The notes below the pieces were generated by a model that was given only the letters and a program-made list of their open reading frames with translations, was not told where the DNA came from and ran no database searches. From positions 4,320,001 through 4,384,000 of the forward strand of contig OY762069.1 in NCBI GenBank assembly GCA_963665095.1: a DNA stretch of 64,000 nucleotides. Reading direction: 5' to 3'. A program made the translations under genes and the position numbers. This stretch comes from an uncultured Desulfobacter sp. GTDB taxonomy: Bacteria; Desulfobacterota; Desulfobacteria; Desulfobacterales; Desulfobacteraceae. Positions 9,866 to 19,909 of this stretch are shown in pieces. The number at the start of each line of letters is the position of its first letter. Position 1 is the stretch's first letter.

Positions 9866-11333
9866 TTTTATCTCCTATGGCGGTATAAATATTAAGATCA
9901 GGCTCCTGGATTGTCAGGTTCAGTAAATCTGCTTTATGTGTAACATGCAGGGCTCCGGGCTCCTGGGGAGACCGAACCCGCTGCTCAAGGAGGTTGGCGA
10001 TGTATTCACATGAGAATGCAGAGAACTTAAAGGCATCTTCAATGGCCATGGCAACTTGTTCCCGGGAGTAGATTTCACTCAAGGCCACGATTTGCCGTAC
10101 ATGATGGGAGGCGTTAAGCCGCCTGTTCTGCAATTGCCTGTAATACTCCCGGGCCTTGTCAGAGAGGCTTAAAAAACGCATATAAATTGCCTGGTCTCTG
10201 GCCTTTTTGCGCTGGCTCAAAAGGATTTTAGAGTGATCAGGATCTTCAAGGTCGTTTTTGCGGCCATAGGATCTGACATGGCGGGCAACCAACTTGTCTT
10301 CATGGTAAAAGCAGATCCGATCAGGGTAAAGCTTGGCAGTCAAAGCCACCCCTGCCAGCTGGGCGGGTACTGTGTAAGCATTTGTATCGATGACTACCCT
10401 GTACTGTCTTGAAGCCCGTACCTGCTTTACCACACCGATATCATAGGGTTCTGACGGCAGAGGGTATAGGTGGGGCAATTCCAGGGCATACATCTCTGCG
10501 GGCTTTTGACCGGTCTCTCCGTGGGTTCTGACATTGGCGACAGTATCAAGCCAGTGTTTGCAGGTGGGCTCCATGATCTTAAAATCAGGGATTTCAAGAC
10601 CGTTGAGCAGATTCTTTTTGACATAGCCCACAGCATTTTCAACCCGGCCTTTTTCATTACCCTTGCGCACATTACAGGGAACAATTGTAAATCCGTAATA
10701 ATCTGCAAAATCAAGGTATCTGGGGTTGAAGACCGGGGCTTTCCCCAGCAGTCTTTTTAGAACAGCGGATTTGAGATTGTCCACCATGACCTTTTCCGGC
10801 ACCTTTCCAAAAAACTCAAATGCATTCTGGTGGCAGCCTAAAAAATGCTCCATGGTCTGGGAGACCGTGAACTCAACGTACATCATGCGGCTGTGGCACA
10901 TCACCATCACAAAAAAGCTCAACCGCCGGGTCGTGTTGCCCACCCTTACTGTACTATAAGAACCCCAGTCCACCTGGGCAGCTTCACCCGGAGCAAAACT
11001 CAGTTTCAAATACGCCTTTGTTTTGGGCGGCCGCACCTTCCTGACATAATCCTCAACAATGGTGATGCCCCCGGCAAAACCATCCTGGGTGATTCGTTGA
11101 AATATCTGGCGGGAACTGTAGGGATGTTTTTCAAGCATATGCAGGATGGCGTTCTTATACGGATCAAGCTTGCTTTCTCTGGGGGCTGACTGTCTGGGCT
11201 GGTACCTTTTCAGGTTGGCCCACCTGGCAACTGTCCTGGGGTCCAGATCAAGGGCATTGGCAATCTGGCTGTATGTCAGGCCGTCTCGGGTAAAGTAATT
11301 TCTGATTTGAACATAGGTTTCGTAATCAATCAT
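9858..11333 (-). CDS. istA: IS21 DDE transposase IstA
   Basis: N-terminal HTH, SKLDPY, PGEAAQVDWG, VMVDNLKS, KGRVEN. Confidence 0.95.
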   Translation of the reverse strand: MIDYETYVQIRNYFTRDGLTYSQIANALDLDPRTVARWANLKRYQPRQSAPRESKLDPYKNAILHMLEKHPYSSRQIFQRITQDGFAGGITIVEDYVRKVRPPKTKAYLKLSFAPGEAAQVDWGSYSTVRVGNTTRRLSFFVMVMCHSRMMYVEFTVSQTMEHFLGCHQNAFEFFGKVPEKVMVDNLKSAVLKRLLGKAPVFNPRYLDFADYYGFTIVPCNVRKGNEKGRVENAVGYVKKNLLNGLEIPDFKIMEPTCKHWLDTVANVRTHGETGQKPAEMYALELPHLYPLPSEPYDIGVVKQVRASRQYRVVIDTNAYTVPAQLAGVALTAKLYPDRICFYHEDKLVARHVRSYGRKNDLEDPDHSKILLSQRKKARDQAIYMRFLSLSDKAREYYRQLQNRRLNASHHVRQIVALSEIYSREQVAMAIEDAFKFSAFSCEYIANLLEQRVRSPQEPGALHVTHKADLLNLTIQEPDLNIYTAIGDKNA

Positions 11334-11712
11334 GGTTGCCCTCCGCTGCTGCTTTTAGAATATCTGAAAGACGCAGCATGGAGCCGTGCCGTTTTGATTT
11401 ACCAGGAGCAGGGTCAAGGGCAAGCACCTGGTAAATAGGTCTCTGCCAGGCAATCAGCCCATTCTGTATTAACCCGGAACGTGCTGTCTTCAGGCCATCA
11501 GAATCCATGCACAGCCGATCCATGATCGCCTTATCTCCATAGTAGCTGATGCCTTGACTGTCGGCCACACACACCAGAAACAGATATAGGGCGGACTGGG
11601 AGTGTGTACACCTGTCAATGTGCCGTTCACGCACCAGGCGATGATCGATCCAACTGAAGCTTTGGGGTGTTTTTCGAACCCTGGATGGTAAAATGGGGGC
11701 CTTTGCAATCAT
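11326..11712 (-). CDS. IS21 accessory protein, predicted winged helix-turn-helix
   Basis: ATG with AAGGAG SD; overlaps istA start by 8 bp; FSWIDHRL, LYLFL..VAD..GISYY, L...GLI pattern resembles wHTH domains of replication-initiator type. Confidence 0.65.
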   Translation of the reverse strand: MIAKAPILPSRVRKTPQSFSWIDHRLVRERHIDRCTHSQSALYLFLVCVADSQGISYYGDKAIMDRLCMDSDGLKTARSGLIQNGLIAWQRPIYQVLALDPAPGKSKRHGSMLRLSDILKAAAEGNHD

Positions 11713-12193
11713 TTTGCTCTCCTTCTTTTTGGGGTTGTGAACATAAAATGTCTTGCCCGTATTTTTTCATACGAAGGAGCGTGGAAGCGATGTCATCTTG
11801 TAACGCACTGCCTGTAAAGTTGGCGATTAACCCTATAATGACAGGAGGTTGCGCCCGTAAGAAATCTTGTAACGCATTGTCCATGAATTGCGTTGAATCC
11901 TGTTTATTTTCAGCCTGTTGGGGCAATATCGAGTCTTGTAACGTATCTGGGCTTTTGGTCTTCTTCCAATATCCGGGATTCTTCTTTCTCCATTCCTGAA
12001 CACGTTCAACATGGGCAGGCCCACAAAAGTAGTTTCGATTTTCAGGCTTGTTCAGCCATTTTTTCTGGCTGCACCTTTTGCTGGCTTTTCTGCACTCAGA
12101 TCTGGAACAGTATTTTTGAGAGTCTATATTTCTTGGATTAGGAGCGAATAATCTTCTACAATTTCGGCACCTTCTTTTCTTGAGTAGTCCCAT
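11627..12193 (-). CDS. IS21 accessory protein, Cys-rich putative Zn-binding
   Basis: CRNC...YCSRSEC, basic N-terminus, VQEWRKKNPGYW, three (A/T)LQD repeats; GGAGG upstream; inside the IS ends. Confidence 0.65.
   Translation of the reverse strand: MGLLKKRRCRNCRRLFAPNPRNIDSQKYCSRSECRKASKRCSQKKWLNKPENRNYFCGPAHVERVQEWRKKNPGYWKKTKSPDTLQDSILPQQAENKQDSTQFMDNALQDFLRAQPPVIIGLIANFTGSALQDDIASTLLRMKKYGQDILCSQPQKEGEQNDCKGPHFTIQGSKNTPKLQLDRSSPGA
11796..11945. repeat. Three direct repeats TCTTGTAACG(C/T)A at 69-bp period
   Basis: Copies start at 11796, 11865 and 11934. Confidence 0.85.
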
Positions 12194-12559
12194 CTACATA
12201 TTGCCTCCGATTCAAATCAGACATGAATAAGATCAGTATGTACGGAAAAAAGCAGAGGGCAAAGAAAGGAAAAAAATGAAGAAGACGAAATTTTTAAATT
12301 TGATTTTTAAGAGAAGAAAAACCAGCTAAGAACATACATTTTCAAACCGGGGATTTGGCTGCATTTTCAAGACGGCCCTGACAGACAGGTAAAAAAAACA
12401 AGCCGTATTGTGGTTTTATTGTTTCTATGACCCTTATTGTAGACGATTTTTCGTGGCTTTAATCCCGTTTTGTGCATTACCCACAAAGACATGGTCAGAA
12501 TCGTCACTTTTTACGCATATATCCTGGAAGCTAAAATTTTTATCCGGGAATAACGTGAC

Positions 12560-13990
12560 TTATATATTTAAACGAATTTTGTAATTTTTGACCATTATAT
12601 AAAGCCCGCATAACAAAAAAATAAAAGATGAAATTGAAGCAAAACTGCTGCCCCCCCAAAAACATATTAATCTATAAATCGCTATTGATATAAGAATAAA
12701 AACAAGAGGGATTCCCAAAGTAAAACAAAGTCGCAAACCAGATGTTCTTGCTAAAAGCATCATTCCTATGATCATCCAACTATAGACACTTAGCAAAACA
12801 GATCCTACGCCCCCTTTCAAGCCATAAGTATGAATTAAGAAGCCAAAACTCAAATACAAAACCAATATCGCCAATACTCCTACCAAAGCAATACTCCAAT
12901 TTTTTCTTCGCGCAAGGAGCGTTTGATAGCAAGCACTTCCTGCGGCAAAAGGTGCCGAAATAGCAACAGCAAGTGGCAATAATTCTGCTGCGGGAAGGTA
13001 TCTCTCGCCGAATACCATACGAATTATAGGCGCGGCTATTGGCAGCATGAGAAAGCCCAGCGCCGTGCCAGCCAACAGGTAAATGCCACTGAGTACGCTA
13101 ACAAATTGTAAATCCTTTCCATCATTACGGTTAGATGCTCTAGCCAAAGCTGGAAGAGCCGCCCTTCCAATGACAGAAGGCAATGTCCCAGAAAGTACAA
13201 CGCATTGCATCGCTAACCCGAAGTGACCACCGGCATCCCCAACAGTGTTCAGATGGCGGGAGAGTACCAATGGCATTTGTAGCAACCAGGCATAGGTCGC
13301 CTGCGCTATAACTAAAGGAATAGCTGATATGATCAAAGTTATAACCTTATTGACTGGTAGCAGAAGAGGTACAAGACCCAAATATCGGTACAAATAAATG
13401 AGCCCATATACACCCTGCAAAATCCATACTGACGCGTGAACAATTGCAATACTAATAGCTCCGCCTCCTGAAAACAGAACTAAGATTAAAGCTACTATTT
13501 CAATCGGTCGAAAAATAACCTCCTGAACGAGAGTATGTTTTGCTTGCTCTCTGGCAACAAATACCTCCTGTACCCAATACGCAGTGCTTCGTCCTAGAAG
13601 GGCGACCGAAAACACGGCGAGTAATATCTGATTTTCTATGTTCGGATTTAGAATCACACCAATACATAGGCACAAAAATCCAGCAACGAGCGTAGTTCTA
13701 AATCTCAAAGAGAATGTTTCATTAACGGTCTTTTTTGCACTAAAACGGCTGGTGCCGATCTCCCGGCTAAGAATAATACCTGTCGCGAAAGAAGCAAAAC
13801 TTAAAAATGACAAATACCAAGCTTGACCATATACAATTAAACCAAATAAGTCTGGCCCAAGTTGTCTTGCTACAAAGATAACATAAAAGGCTCTCATAGA
13901 CAGCGTCACGGATTGCGCACCAAAAAGGTGAACTGCATTCCTGATCACAGAGTATATTCCTGAGCGATTGTGAACCAGACCTAATTTCAC
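12560..13990 (-). CDS. wzx: Wzx-type flippase (MOP superfamily)
   Basis: ARQLGPDLFG, ILSREIG, many TM helices, FGERYLPAA. Confidence 0.8.
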   Translation of the reverse strand: MKLGLVHNRSGIYSVIRNAVHLFGAQSVTLSMRAFYVIFVARQLGPDLFGLIVYGQAWYLSFLSFASFATGIILSREIGTSRFSAKKTVNETFSLRFRTTLVAGFLCLCIGVILNPNIENQILLAVFSVALLGRSTAYWVQEVFVAREQAKHTLVQEVIFRPIEIVALILVLFSGGGAISIAIVHASVWILQGVYGLIYLYRYLGLVPLLLPVNKVITLIISAIPLVIAQATYAWLLQMPLVLSRHLNTVGDAGGHFGLAMQCVVLSGTLPSVIGRAALPALARASNRNDGKDLQFVSVLSGIYLLAGTALGFLMLPIAAPIIRMVFGERYLPAAELLPLAVAISAPFAAGSACYQTLLARRKNWSIALVGVLAILVLYLSFGFLIHTYGLKGGVGSVLLSVYSWMIIGMMLLARTSGLRLCFTLGIPLVFILISIAIYRLICFWGGSSFASISSFIFLLCGLYIMVKNYKIRLNI

Positions 13991-14056
13991 TATTCCTCTG
14001 CCATTTTTTTATCCGATTGCCTGTTTCTTGATTTTATTGTTTATCCACAGGGGAGT

Positions 14057-15520
14057 CAATGTCATAAAGTTAAGAGCGCTCATGTAAAAGCTTTGTAAAT
14101 ACAAGAGATTATGATACAATTACCCTTAATAATAACCCTAAATATTGTTTGTGAAAGGAGAATAAAATGTCTGAAAAATTCAATCAACTTGGCATGGAAC
14201 CTGCTATCCAAAATATGTGCCGAGCTAATCGACTATCTTAAAAATATTCTGCATTCCCCGGAATTTATCGACAGACACAAAAAAAACAAGAAAGATTTCG
14301 CACGCAAACGAACACTAACATTCCAGACGCTTTTTTTATATTTCATGAACTTTATAAAAGGCTCATATCAAGACGACTCGATCATTATTTTAAGGCGTTG
14401 TTTCGACTGGATGTTCCAGTTACACTTGTCCCCAAAATGGCTTTATCTCTGGCGCGCAAAAAACTTGAATATGACGTCTTTATAGAGTTTAATCACCATT
14501 TTGAGTTCTTCTATAACCGTTTTCGCAGCATAAAAACCTGGAAGGGTTTTAATCTCCTTGCTATCGACGATAGTACGCTAAAATTGTTTAAGTACAAAGA
14601 AATCAGGGAACATTTCGGTGTGTTGAAACCGAATAAAGGACCTGCTTGTGTAATGGCACGGGTTTCTCAAATGTTCGATGTACTCAATAAGGTTACAATT
14701 GATGCCATTATCAGCCCTTTTAAAGTCGGAGAACGCGAGCTGTTCCATAATCATATGCTTAATCTGCTCCCGAATGATTTGCTTTTATTAGATCGCGGCT
14801 ATCCGGCTTATTGGATTTTTAATCTGATTATGTCTTTGGATAGCAACTTTTGCGCAAGAATTTCAAAACAGTGGAAAATCGTTCAAAATTTCATTAAATC
14901 GGGTGCCCAGGAAGCCATAATTGATCTTCATGCTTCGTACCAATCAAAAAAAAATGAATGTGAAGAAATGGGCCTTGACGATTCTCCCTTGTGTTTGCGC
15001 CTTATACGAGTCGAACTCGATAGCGGTGAAATCGAAGTTCTCATCACATCACTGATTGATGAACAAAAATTTCCTTATGAAATCTTTATGGACTTATATC
15101 ATAAACGCTGGCCGGTGGAAGTTGATTATCTTTTCATGAAACAACGCATTGAAATTGGAAATTCTTCCGGTACAACAGTATTGTCTGTCTATCAAGATTT
15201 CCATTCAAAAGTCCTGGCAAAAAATCTTACGTGGGTACTGGCCTCCCCAGCTCAGGAGACAGTTGAGAAGGAAGACCATGAGAAAAAGTTTGAATATCAG
15301 CTGAATATGACACAGGCAATTTCAAAATCTAAAGACACACTCTTTTTGCTTTTTGAAAGACTGCGTGAAATTACCGCACAGTTGATTAAGGACCTTCATG
15401 CTATTTTCATGGCTGCGACAGAACCCATTAGGCCCGGGCGTAAATTTAAACGGAAACATAAGATCAACAAGCGTGAGCACTAGATGAATTATAAGCCTTG
15501 TCGTTAACTTTATGACATTG
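14057..15520 (+). mobile_element. IS4-family element, 1,464 bp, degenerate
   Basis: 17-bp perfect IRs CAATGTCATAAAGTTAA; 10-bp target duplication ACAGGGGAGT at 14047-14056 and 15521-15530. Confidence 0.92.
14111..15483 (+). pseudogene. IS4 transposase pseudogene
   Basis: N-terminal part (DFARKRTLTF...SYQD) and DDE part (LLAIDDST, LLLLDRGY, LYHKRWPVE) are in different frames, with the shift near 14378; TAG at 15481 is followed in-frame by MNYKPCR ending in the IR. Confidence 0.8.
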
Positions 15521-15696
15521 ACAGGGGAGTAATATTAGCAAAAACACAAGAAATGAACAAATTTTTAGCTTTAGTTTTTATAACCCCAATAAATAAAAAG
15601 CATATTATTTGGAATAGCGCAACATGTGGTTCGAGGACAATTTACGTTAACATTTCTTAAATTTCCTGTTAGTTTTGCACCAACTTTTCAAAGTAC

Positions 15697-16938
15697 CTAT
15701 GAAATTGTACTGTTCCCATTGCTAAGCATCCCTTGATAAACATCAAGGTATCTTTTTGCAACATTATCAAAATCAAAACGGTAGGCAAGTTTAGGGGCTG
15801 CGCGTGCAAAAACAGTTCGCAGATTATTATCTTTTAATAATTTTATAATAGCATCTTGTAATTCATTTTCACTGTGTCCTGCCAGCACAACTCCAGCCGT
15901 CCCTTCAAGTCCAAGCGAAGGAACAACCCCAACGGGAGTTGTAACCACGGGTAGCCCACAGGCTAAAGCCTCGATTATTACGTTCCCGAATGCTTCAAAG
16001 TGTGATGGAAGAACCAATACATCGGCTGCCTGCATAAGTTTAGAAACATCTTTTTGCAAACCGAGTGGCAAAATGCTATGGCAATTTTTTGCAGCCGTCC
16101 TGACCGCTTTGTCCATGTCTCCAGTTCCTGCGACAACTAATGTCACATTGGGAATTGATGAATGAATAAAGGGCCAAATATTAAGAAGATTCTTTATGCC
16201 TTTGGATTCAACGACCCTTCCTACAAATAATACGATTAGTTTACCATTGAGCCCGAAATATTGCATGACTTTATCCTTTTGAAAATTTTCAAGAGGGTAA
16301 AATCTACGCAAATCAACCCCGTTTATAACCTTTATCAACTGGTCACCCCGAAAACCGCATCGAAGAGACTCTTTAACGATATTATCGTTAAGTACAGCAA
16401 GCTTGTTAACATTTAAAAGTAGGGGCATCAGTAAGTACCGAAAACCGCTTTGATAAATTTTTTGAATTTCCCCTTTAGGCCCACCAACACTTGGTTTCAT
16501 AATCATAGGGATGCCAAACAACTGAGATATCATCAACGCACCAAGCCCCGTTGCCGACAAAGTATGGCTATGAATTACATCATACTCTGCTGCATGTGCG
16601 TATAAATAGTTAGCGGCTGCAAAAAATTGAGAGACACTTTGCACCCGCCCCCCAAAAGTACGAACACGAGTAACTGAAATGCCATCAACTTGATCATGTA
16701 AGGGCATATGCGCTTCATGTCGGGTACTAAGGACATGGACTTCTATCCCAAGCTTCATCAAAGATTTGGATAATTCTAAAGCTTGAAGTTCAGCACCAGC
16801 GAAATGATATGGTGGGAATCTTTGACAAATCATCAAAATTCTCATAGTTGGTGAATTGATAGCCTTTAACTTTTTTCTATGTCTTAATACTTGGCGTACT
16901 TTTGTAAAAAAATTAGTTTTTAGCATAAAAATCACCAT
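15697..16938 (-). CDS. GT4 glycosyltransferase (probable start MRILM at 16845)
   Basis: AGAE, NGVD, LFVGRV, EAFGNVIIEALACGLPVV. Confidence 0.85.
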   Translation of the reverse strand: MVIFMLKTNFFTKVRQVLRHRKKLKAINSPTMRILMICQRFPPYHFAGAELQALELSKSLMKLGIEVHVLSTRHEAHMPLHDQVDGISVTRVRTFGGRVQSVSQFFAAANYLYAHAAEYDVIHSHTLSATGLGALMISQLFGIPMIMKPSVGGPKGEIQKIYQSGFRYLLMPLLLNVNKLAVLNDNIVKESLRCGFRGDQLIKVINGVDLRRFYPLENFQKDKVMQYFGLNGKLIVLFVGRVVESKGIKNLLNIWPFIHSSIPNVTLVVAGTGDMDKAVRTAAKNCHSILPLGLQKDVSKLMQAADVLVLPSHFEAFGNVIIEALACGLPVVTTPVGVVPSLGLEGTAGVVLAGHSENELQDAIIKLLKDNNLRTVFARAAPKLAYRFDFDNVAKRYLDVYQGMLSNGNSTIS

Positions 16939-17071
16939 TTCTGCACAATAATCACAACTTTTTAATCCATCATTTTAGAATAGCGTCAGAAAAGTCACAT
17001 TATTTAATAATTTATGTGATAAATAATAGAGATGTTCTCATTTTATTCTCTCAGCAATGAAACAACATGAA

Positions 17072-18190
17072 TTAAAAAAAATTCTCGACACATGTTACCA
17101 AATAATTCCATGAAAACTTCTCATTGGCTTTAGCGATGTTTTTCTGCATGCATTCAACATCGGTTTCAGTAAAATAGTGATTTACACTTTGGGCAATCTG
17201 GGTGCAGTTTGATGGCTCTACAAGGAATCCGGTTTTTCCATGTTCGATCACCTCGGGCAGGCAGCCGACGCTGGTTGCAATAACAGGCTTATTAAATGCA
17301 AATGCCGTCTGGATAACCCCGCTGCCAGTTGCCGAAACATAGGGCTGAATCACCAGATCTGCAGAACTGAAATAGCTCCCCACCGCTTCATTGGGAACAT
17401 ATTCATCCACAATCACAATGTGCTGCTCAAGCCCAAGAGCTTTAATCATGGATATATATTCCGCTTTGTCCTTCCAGAACTCTCCGACAATCATCAGGGT
17501 AGCATCATTATGCTTGATGATCTCGGGCATGGCCTGAATTAAATACTTCAATCCCTTGTATGGTCTTACAAAACCAAAAAAAAGAAGAATTTTTCCTGTG
17601 ATCTTGTATTTGGACCGTACTGCCTGGGGGGTGCAATTAGCCATGTTAAACACATCATAGGTTGGATGAAAGGTCTTTTGGACCCTGGCTCCGGGAAGGA
17701 TGTGCAGTAAATTATTCAGATCCTCATCAGAGTGAACAATAAATCCGGTACCTCGTTTAAGAACAATTCCGGTCAAAAGCTTGTCCAGGGCTTTGGATTC
17801 ATGTTCCACAACATTGTGGCATAAAAAGATGAGCCTGGCGTTTGAGAAACGCTTAATTATAAAACTGATGGTCCAGAACTGGGGCGTCCAGAACGAAACC
17901 CACCACGGAATGATGACAAGATCGGGCTTGTGTTTTACAATTTTGAGGGCAGACCGAATCCAGGTGGCCGGGTTCATGGAATCCAAAATCTTGTGCACCC
18001 CCGGTTCGGAAATATGAGAAGTACTGGGGTCAATATCGGTTTTTCCCGGAAAGAGCCACTTGGGATATTGCCTTGAAAAAGCAATGAACAATGTATCATG
18101 CTGTTTGCGCAAGTGTCTGTACAACAGCGTTGTATAGTGAGAGATCCCCCCCCGAAACGGGTGGGTAGGACCGATCAGACAAATTTTCAT
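17072..18190 (-). CDS. GT4 glycosyltransferase
   Basis: GPTHPFRGGISHY, LFFGFVRPYKGL, SATGSGV, KPVIATSVGCLPE. Confidence 0.85.
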   Translation of the reverse strand: MKICLIGPTHPFRGGISHYTTLLYRHLRKQHDTLFIAFSRQYPKWLFPGKTDIDPSTSHISEPGVHKILDSMNPATWIRSALKIVKHKPDLVIIPWWVSFWTPQFWTISFIIKRFSNARLIFLCHNVVEHESKALDKLLTGIVLKRGTGFIVHSDEDLNNLLHILPGARVQKTFHPTYDVFNMANCTPQAVRSKYKITGKILLFFGFVRPYKGLKYLIQAMPEIIKHNDATLMIVGEFWKDKAEYISMIKALGLEQHIVIVDEYVPNEAVGSYFSSADLVIQPYVSATGSGVIQTAFAFNKPVIATSVGCLPEVIEHGKTGFLVEPSNCTQIAQSVNHYFTETDVECMQKNIAKANEKFSWNYLVTCVENFF

Positions 18191-19149
18191 TTGCCCTTTT
18201 CCCTGTTATCAGCATTAAGTTCAAGCATTTTTACCCTGAGCAGTGTCTCTTCAATCAGCTTCCGGTTAAAGCCGATAACGTCCGCGACAAGCCCGATCAT
18301 TAGAACCTGAAAACCAGTGATGAACATAATCGCAGCAAAAATTAACGACTGGATATGTCCTGCACCAGCCCCTGCCAGAAAATAGTAAATAAACCTTATA
18401 GAGGGAATTAAGCCTAATAAAATCATCAGACTTCCGACATAAAAGAACACCCTTAAAGGCTGGTACATGGTATACATCCGGACGATTGTTGTTATCTGAT
18501 TTTTGACGAATTGAGGAATGCTTTTAAACAGGCGGGAGTCCCTGGTTTTGGCATTTGTACCTATAGGCACTGAGTCCACAGCTAAATGCTTTTTACCTGC
18601 CTGGATCACGGTTTCAATTGTATAGGAAAATGGAGAGACGATATTCATCTGCATAGCTGCAGACCGCTCAAAAGCCCTGAACCCGCTGACTACGTCCGGA
18701 ACCGTTGTCTCAGAAAGGACTCTGACAATAAAACTGCCGATTTTCTGCATTTTTTTTTTTGATTTACTGAAATGTGGAATCTTATCAGTCTGCCGGTCAC
18801 CAATCACAATTTCAGCTTTCCCGGCCAGAATGGGCTGAATTAATTTGGAGATATCCTCACCTCTATACTGGTTATCTCCGTCTGTATTAACGATAATATC
18901 GGCCCCAAGCCTGAGACAGGCATCAATTCCGGCCTGGAATGTTCGTGCAAGGCCTTTGTTTTTGCTGTTTCTGACAATATGATTCACTCCGATTCTTTTG
19001 GCGACTTCAACAGTTTTATCGGTTGATCCGTCATCAATAATAAGCACCTCTACCTCATCAATGCCCTCAATTTGTTTGGGAATATCAGCAAAGGTCTGGG
19101 GAAGTGTCTCTTCTTCATTATAGCAAGGGATCTGTACAATCAGTTTCAT
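18187..19149 (-). CDS. GT2 glycosyltransferase (DPM1-like with C-terminal TM hairpin)
   Basis: IPCYNEE, IDDGSTD, NTDGDNQY, DVVSGFRA. Confidence 0.88.
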   Translation of the reverse strand: MKLIVQIPCYNEEETLPQTFADIPKQIEGIDEVEVLIIDDGSTDKTVEVAKRIGVNHIVRNSKNKGLARTFQAGIDACLRLGADIIVNTDGDNQYRGEDISKLIQPILAGKAEIVIGDRQTDKIPHFSKSKKKMQKIGSFIVRVLSETTVPDVVSGFRAFERSAAMQMNIVSPFSYTIETVIQAGKKHLAVDSVPIGTNAKTRDSRLFKSIPQFVKNQITTIVRMYTMYQPLRVFFYVGSLMILLGLIPSIRFIYYFLAGAGAGHIQSLIFAAIMFITGFQVLMIGLVADVIGFNRKLIEETLLRVKMLELNADNREKGK

Positions 19150-19895
19150 TTTATGGAATCCTTGTTTTTACGCTGGAAGATTGATTGGGCGCTATTCTTC
19201 ACAAGGCTTGCCGCATACCTCATTTGAAATTTTAAGTCAGACTCCTTTTTGGTAATGCCCTCTCTTCTTATATGAGTATAGTCTTCCGGTGTTATTTCAA
19301 TCCTTAGATAATCATTAATGATATGGATGACATCCCGGGACTTTAGCTGGGCATAATCAATATGCAAAAAGGGAATATTATTTTCGCTTAAATACCTGTC
19401 AACAGCCAGATTTTCCAGATGATAGGTCTGGACAACATCTTTCAGGGTAAAATTTATGTGGTGTTTGGCATGGCTGCGAAATACAAGATATGGATCCCTT
19501 GTTATTTTGATGAATGATATATCATCCTTTGTTAAAAACTGATCCCAGAAATGAATAGTATAACACAGTCTTGGATCTTTCCATAGCCAAGGGGATTTTC
19601 CCCCGCAATGCTTTACAAAATCAGCACACTCATTGTGCAGATTATCATTATTGACAGCTTTGATCCGGTTGATATCTGCAAATTCAGACTTTACAATATG
19701 TGGATGATTGTACCCGGCTGCATGCAGGATCTTTTTATTTAACGCTTTTAATTCCGGGTTTTCATAGTCTCCGTCCGGATAACTGTTCCGCGATTGAATG
19801 GACTGTTGTTCAATGTAATATCTTCTGTATGATATGAGTCCTGACAAAAATGATGATCCTGTCCGGCCTGCGCCAAGAATAATTACGTTTTTCAT
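19146..19895 (-). CDS. Sulfotransferase-like protein
   Basis: ILGAGRTGSSFL, WLWKDPRLC, ITRDP...FRS. Confidence 0.65.
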   Translation of the reverse strand: MKNVIILGAGRTGSSFLSGLISYRRYYIEQQSIQSRNSYPDGDYENPELKALNKKILHAAGYNHPHIVKSEFADINRIKAVNNDNLHNECADFVKHCGGKSPWLWKDPRLCYTIHFWDQFLTKDDISFIKITRDPYLVFRSHAKHHINFTLKDVVQTYHLENLAVDRYLSENNIPFLHIDYAQLKSRDVIHIINDYLRIEITPEDYTHIRREGITKKESDLKFQMRYAASLVKNSAQSIFQRKNKDSIK

Positions 19896-19909
19896 TGTAA
19901 CCTAAACTC

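Larger units (their letters stand above)
9032..12383 (-). mobile_element. IS21-family element, 3,352 bp, four ORFs
   Basis: TG...CA ends; imperfect ~49-bp IRs (9032-9080 tgtcaggcgg...ccggtttaaaaatgta; 12335-12383 reverse complement tgtcagggcc...ccggtttgaaaatgta); 6-bp target duplication GACAGG at 9026-9031 and 12384-12389; istA and istB inside. Confidence 0.95.

Noticed and set aside
11796..11945. Mini-CRISPR interpretation of the 69-bp periodic repeats
   Set aside because: Repeats are only 12 bp with 57-bp spacers, lie in frame within a CDS, and no cas genes are present.
14111..14485. 124-aa ORF as an independent gene
   Set aside because: It is the frameshifted N-terminal part of the IS4 transposase.
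9032..15520. Composite transposon carrying wzx between the two IS elements
   Set aside because: The two elements belong to different families and each has its own target duplication, so they are independent insertions.
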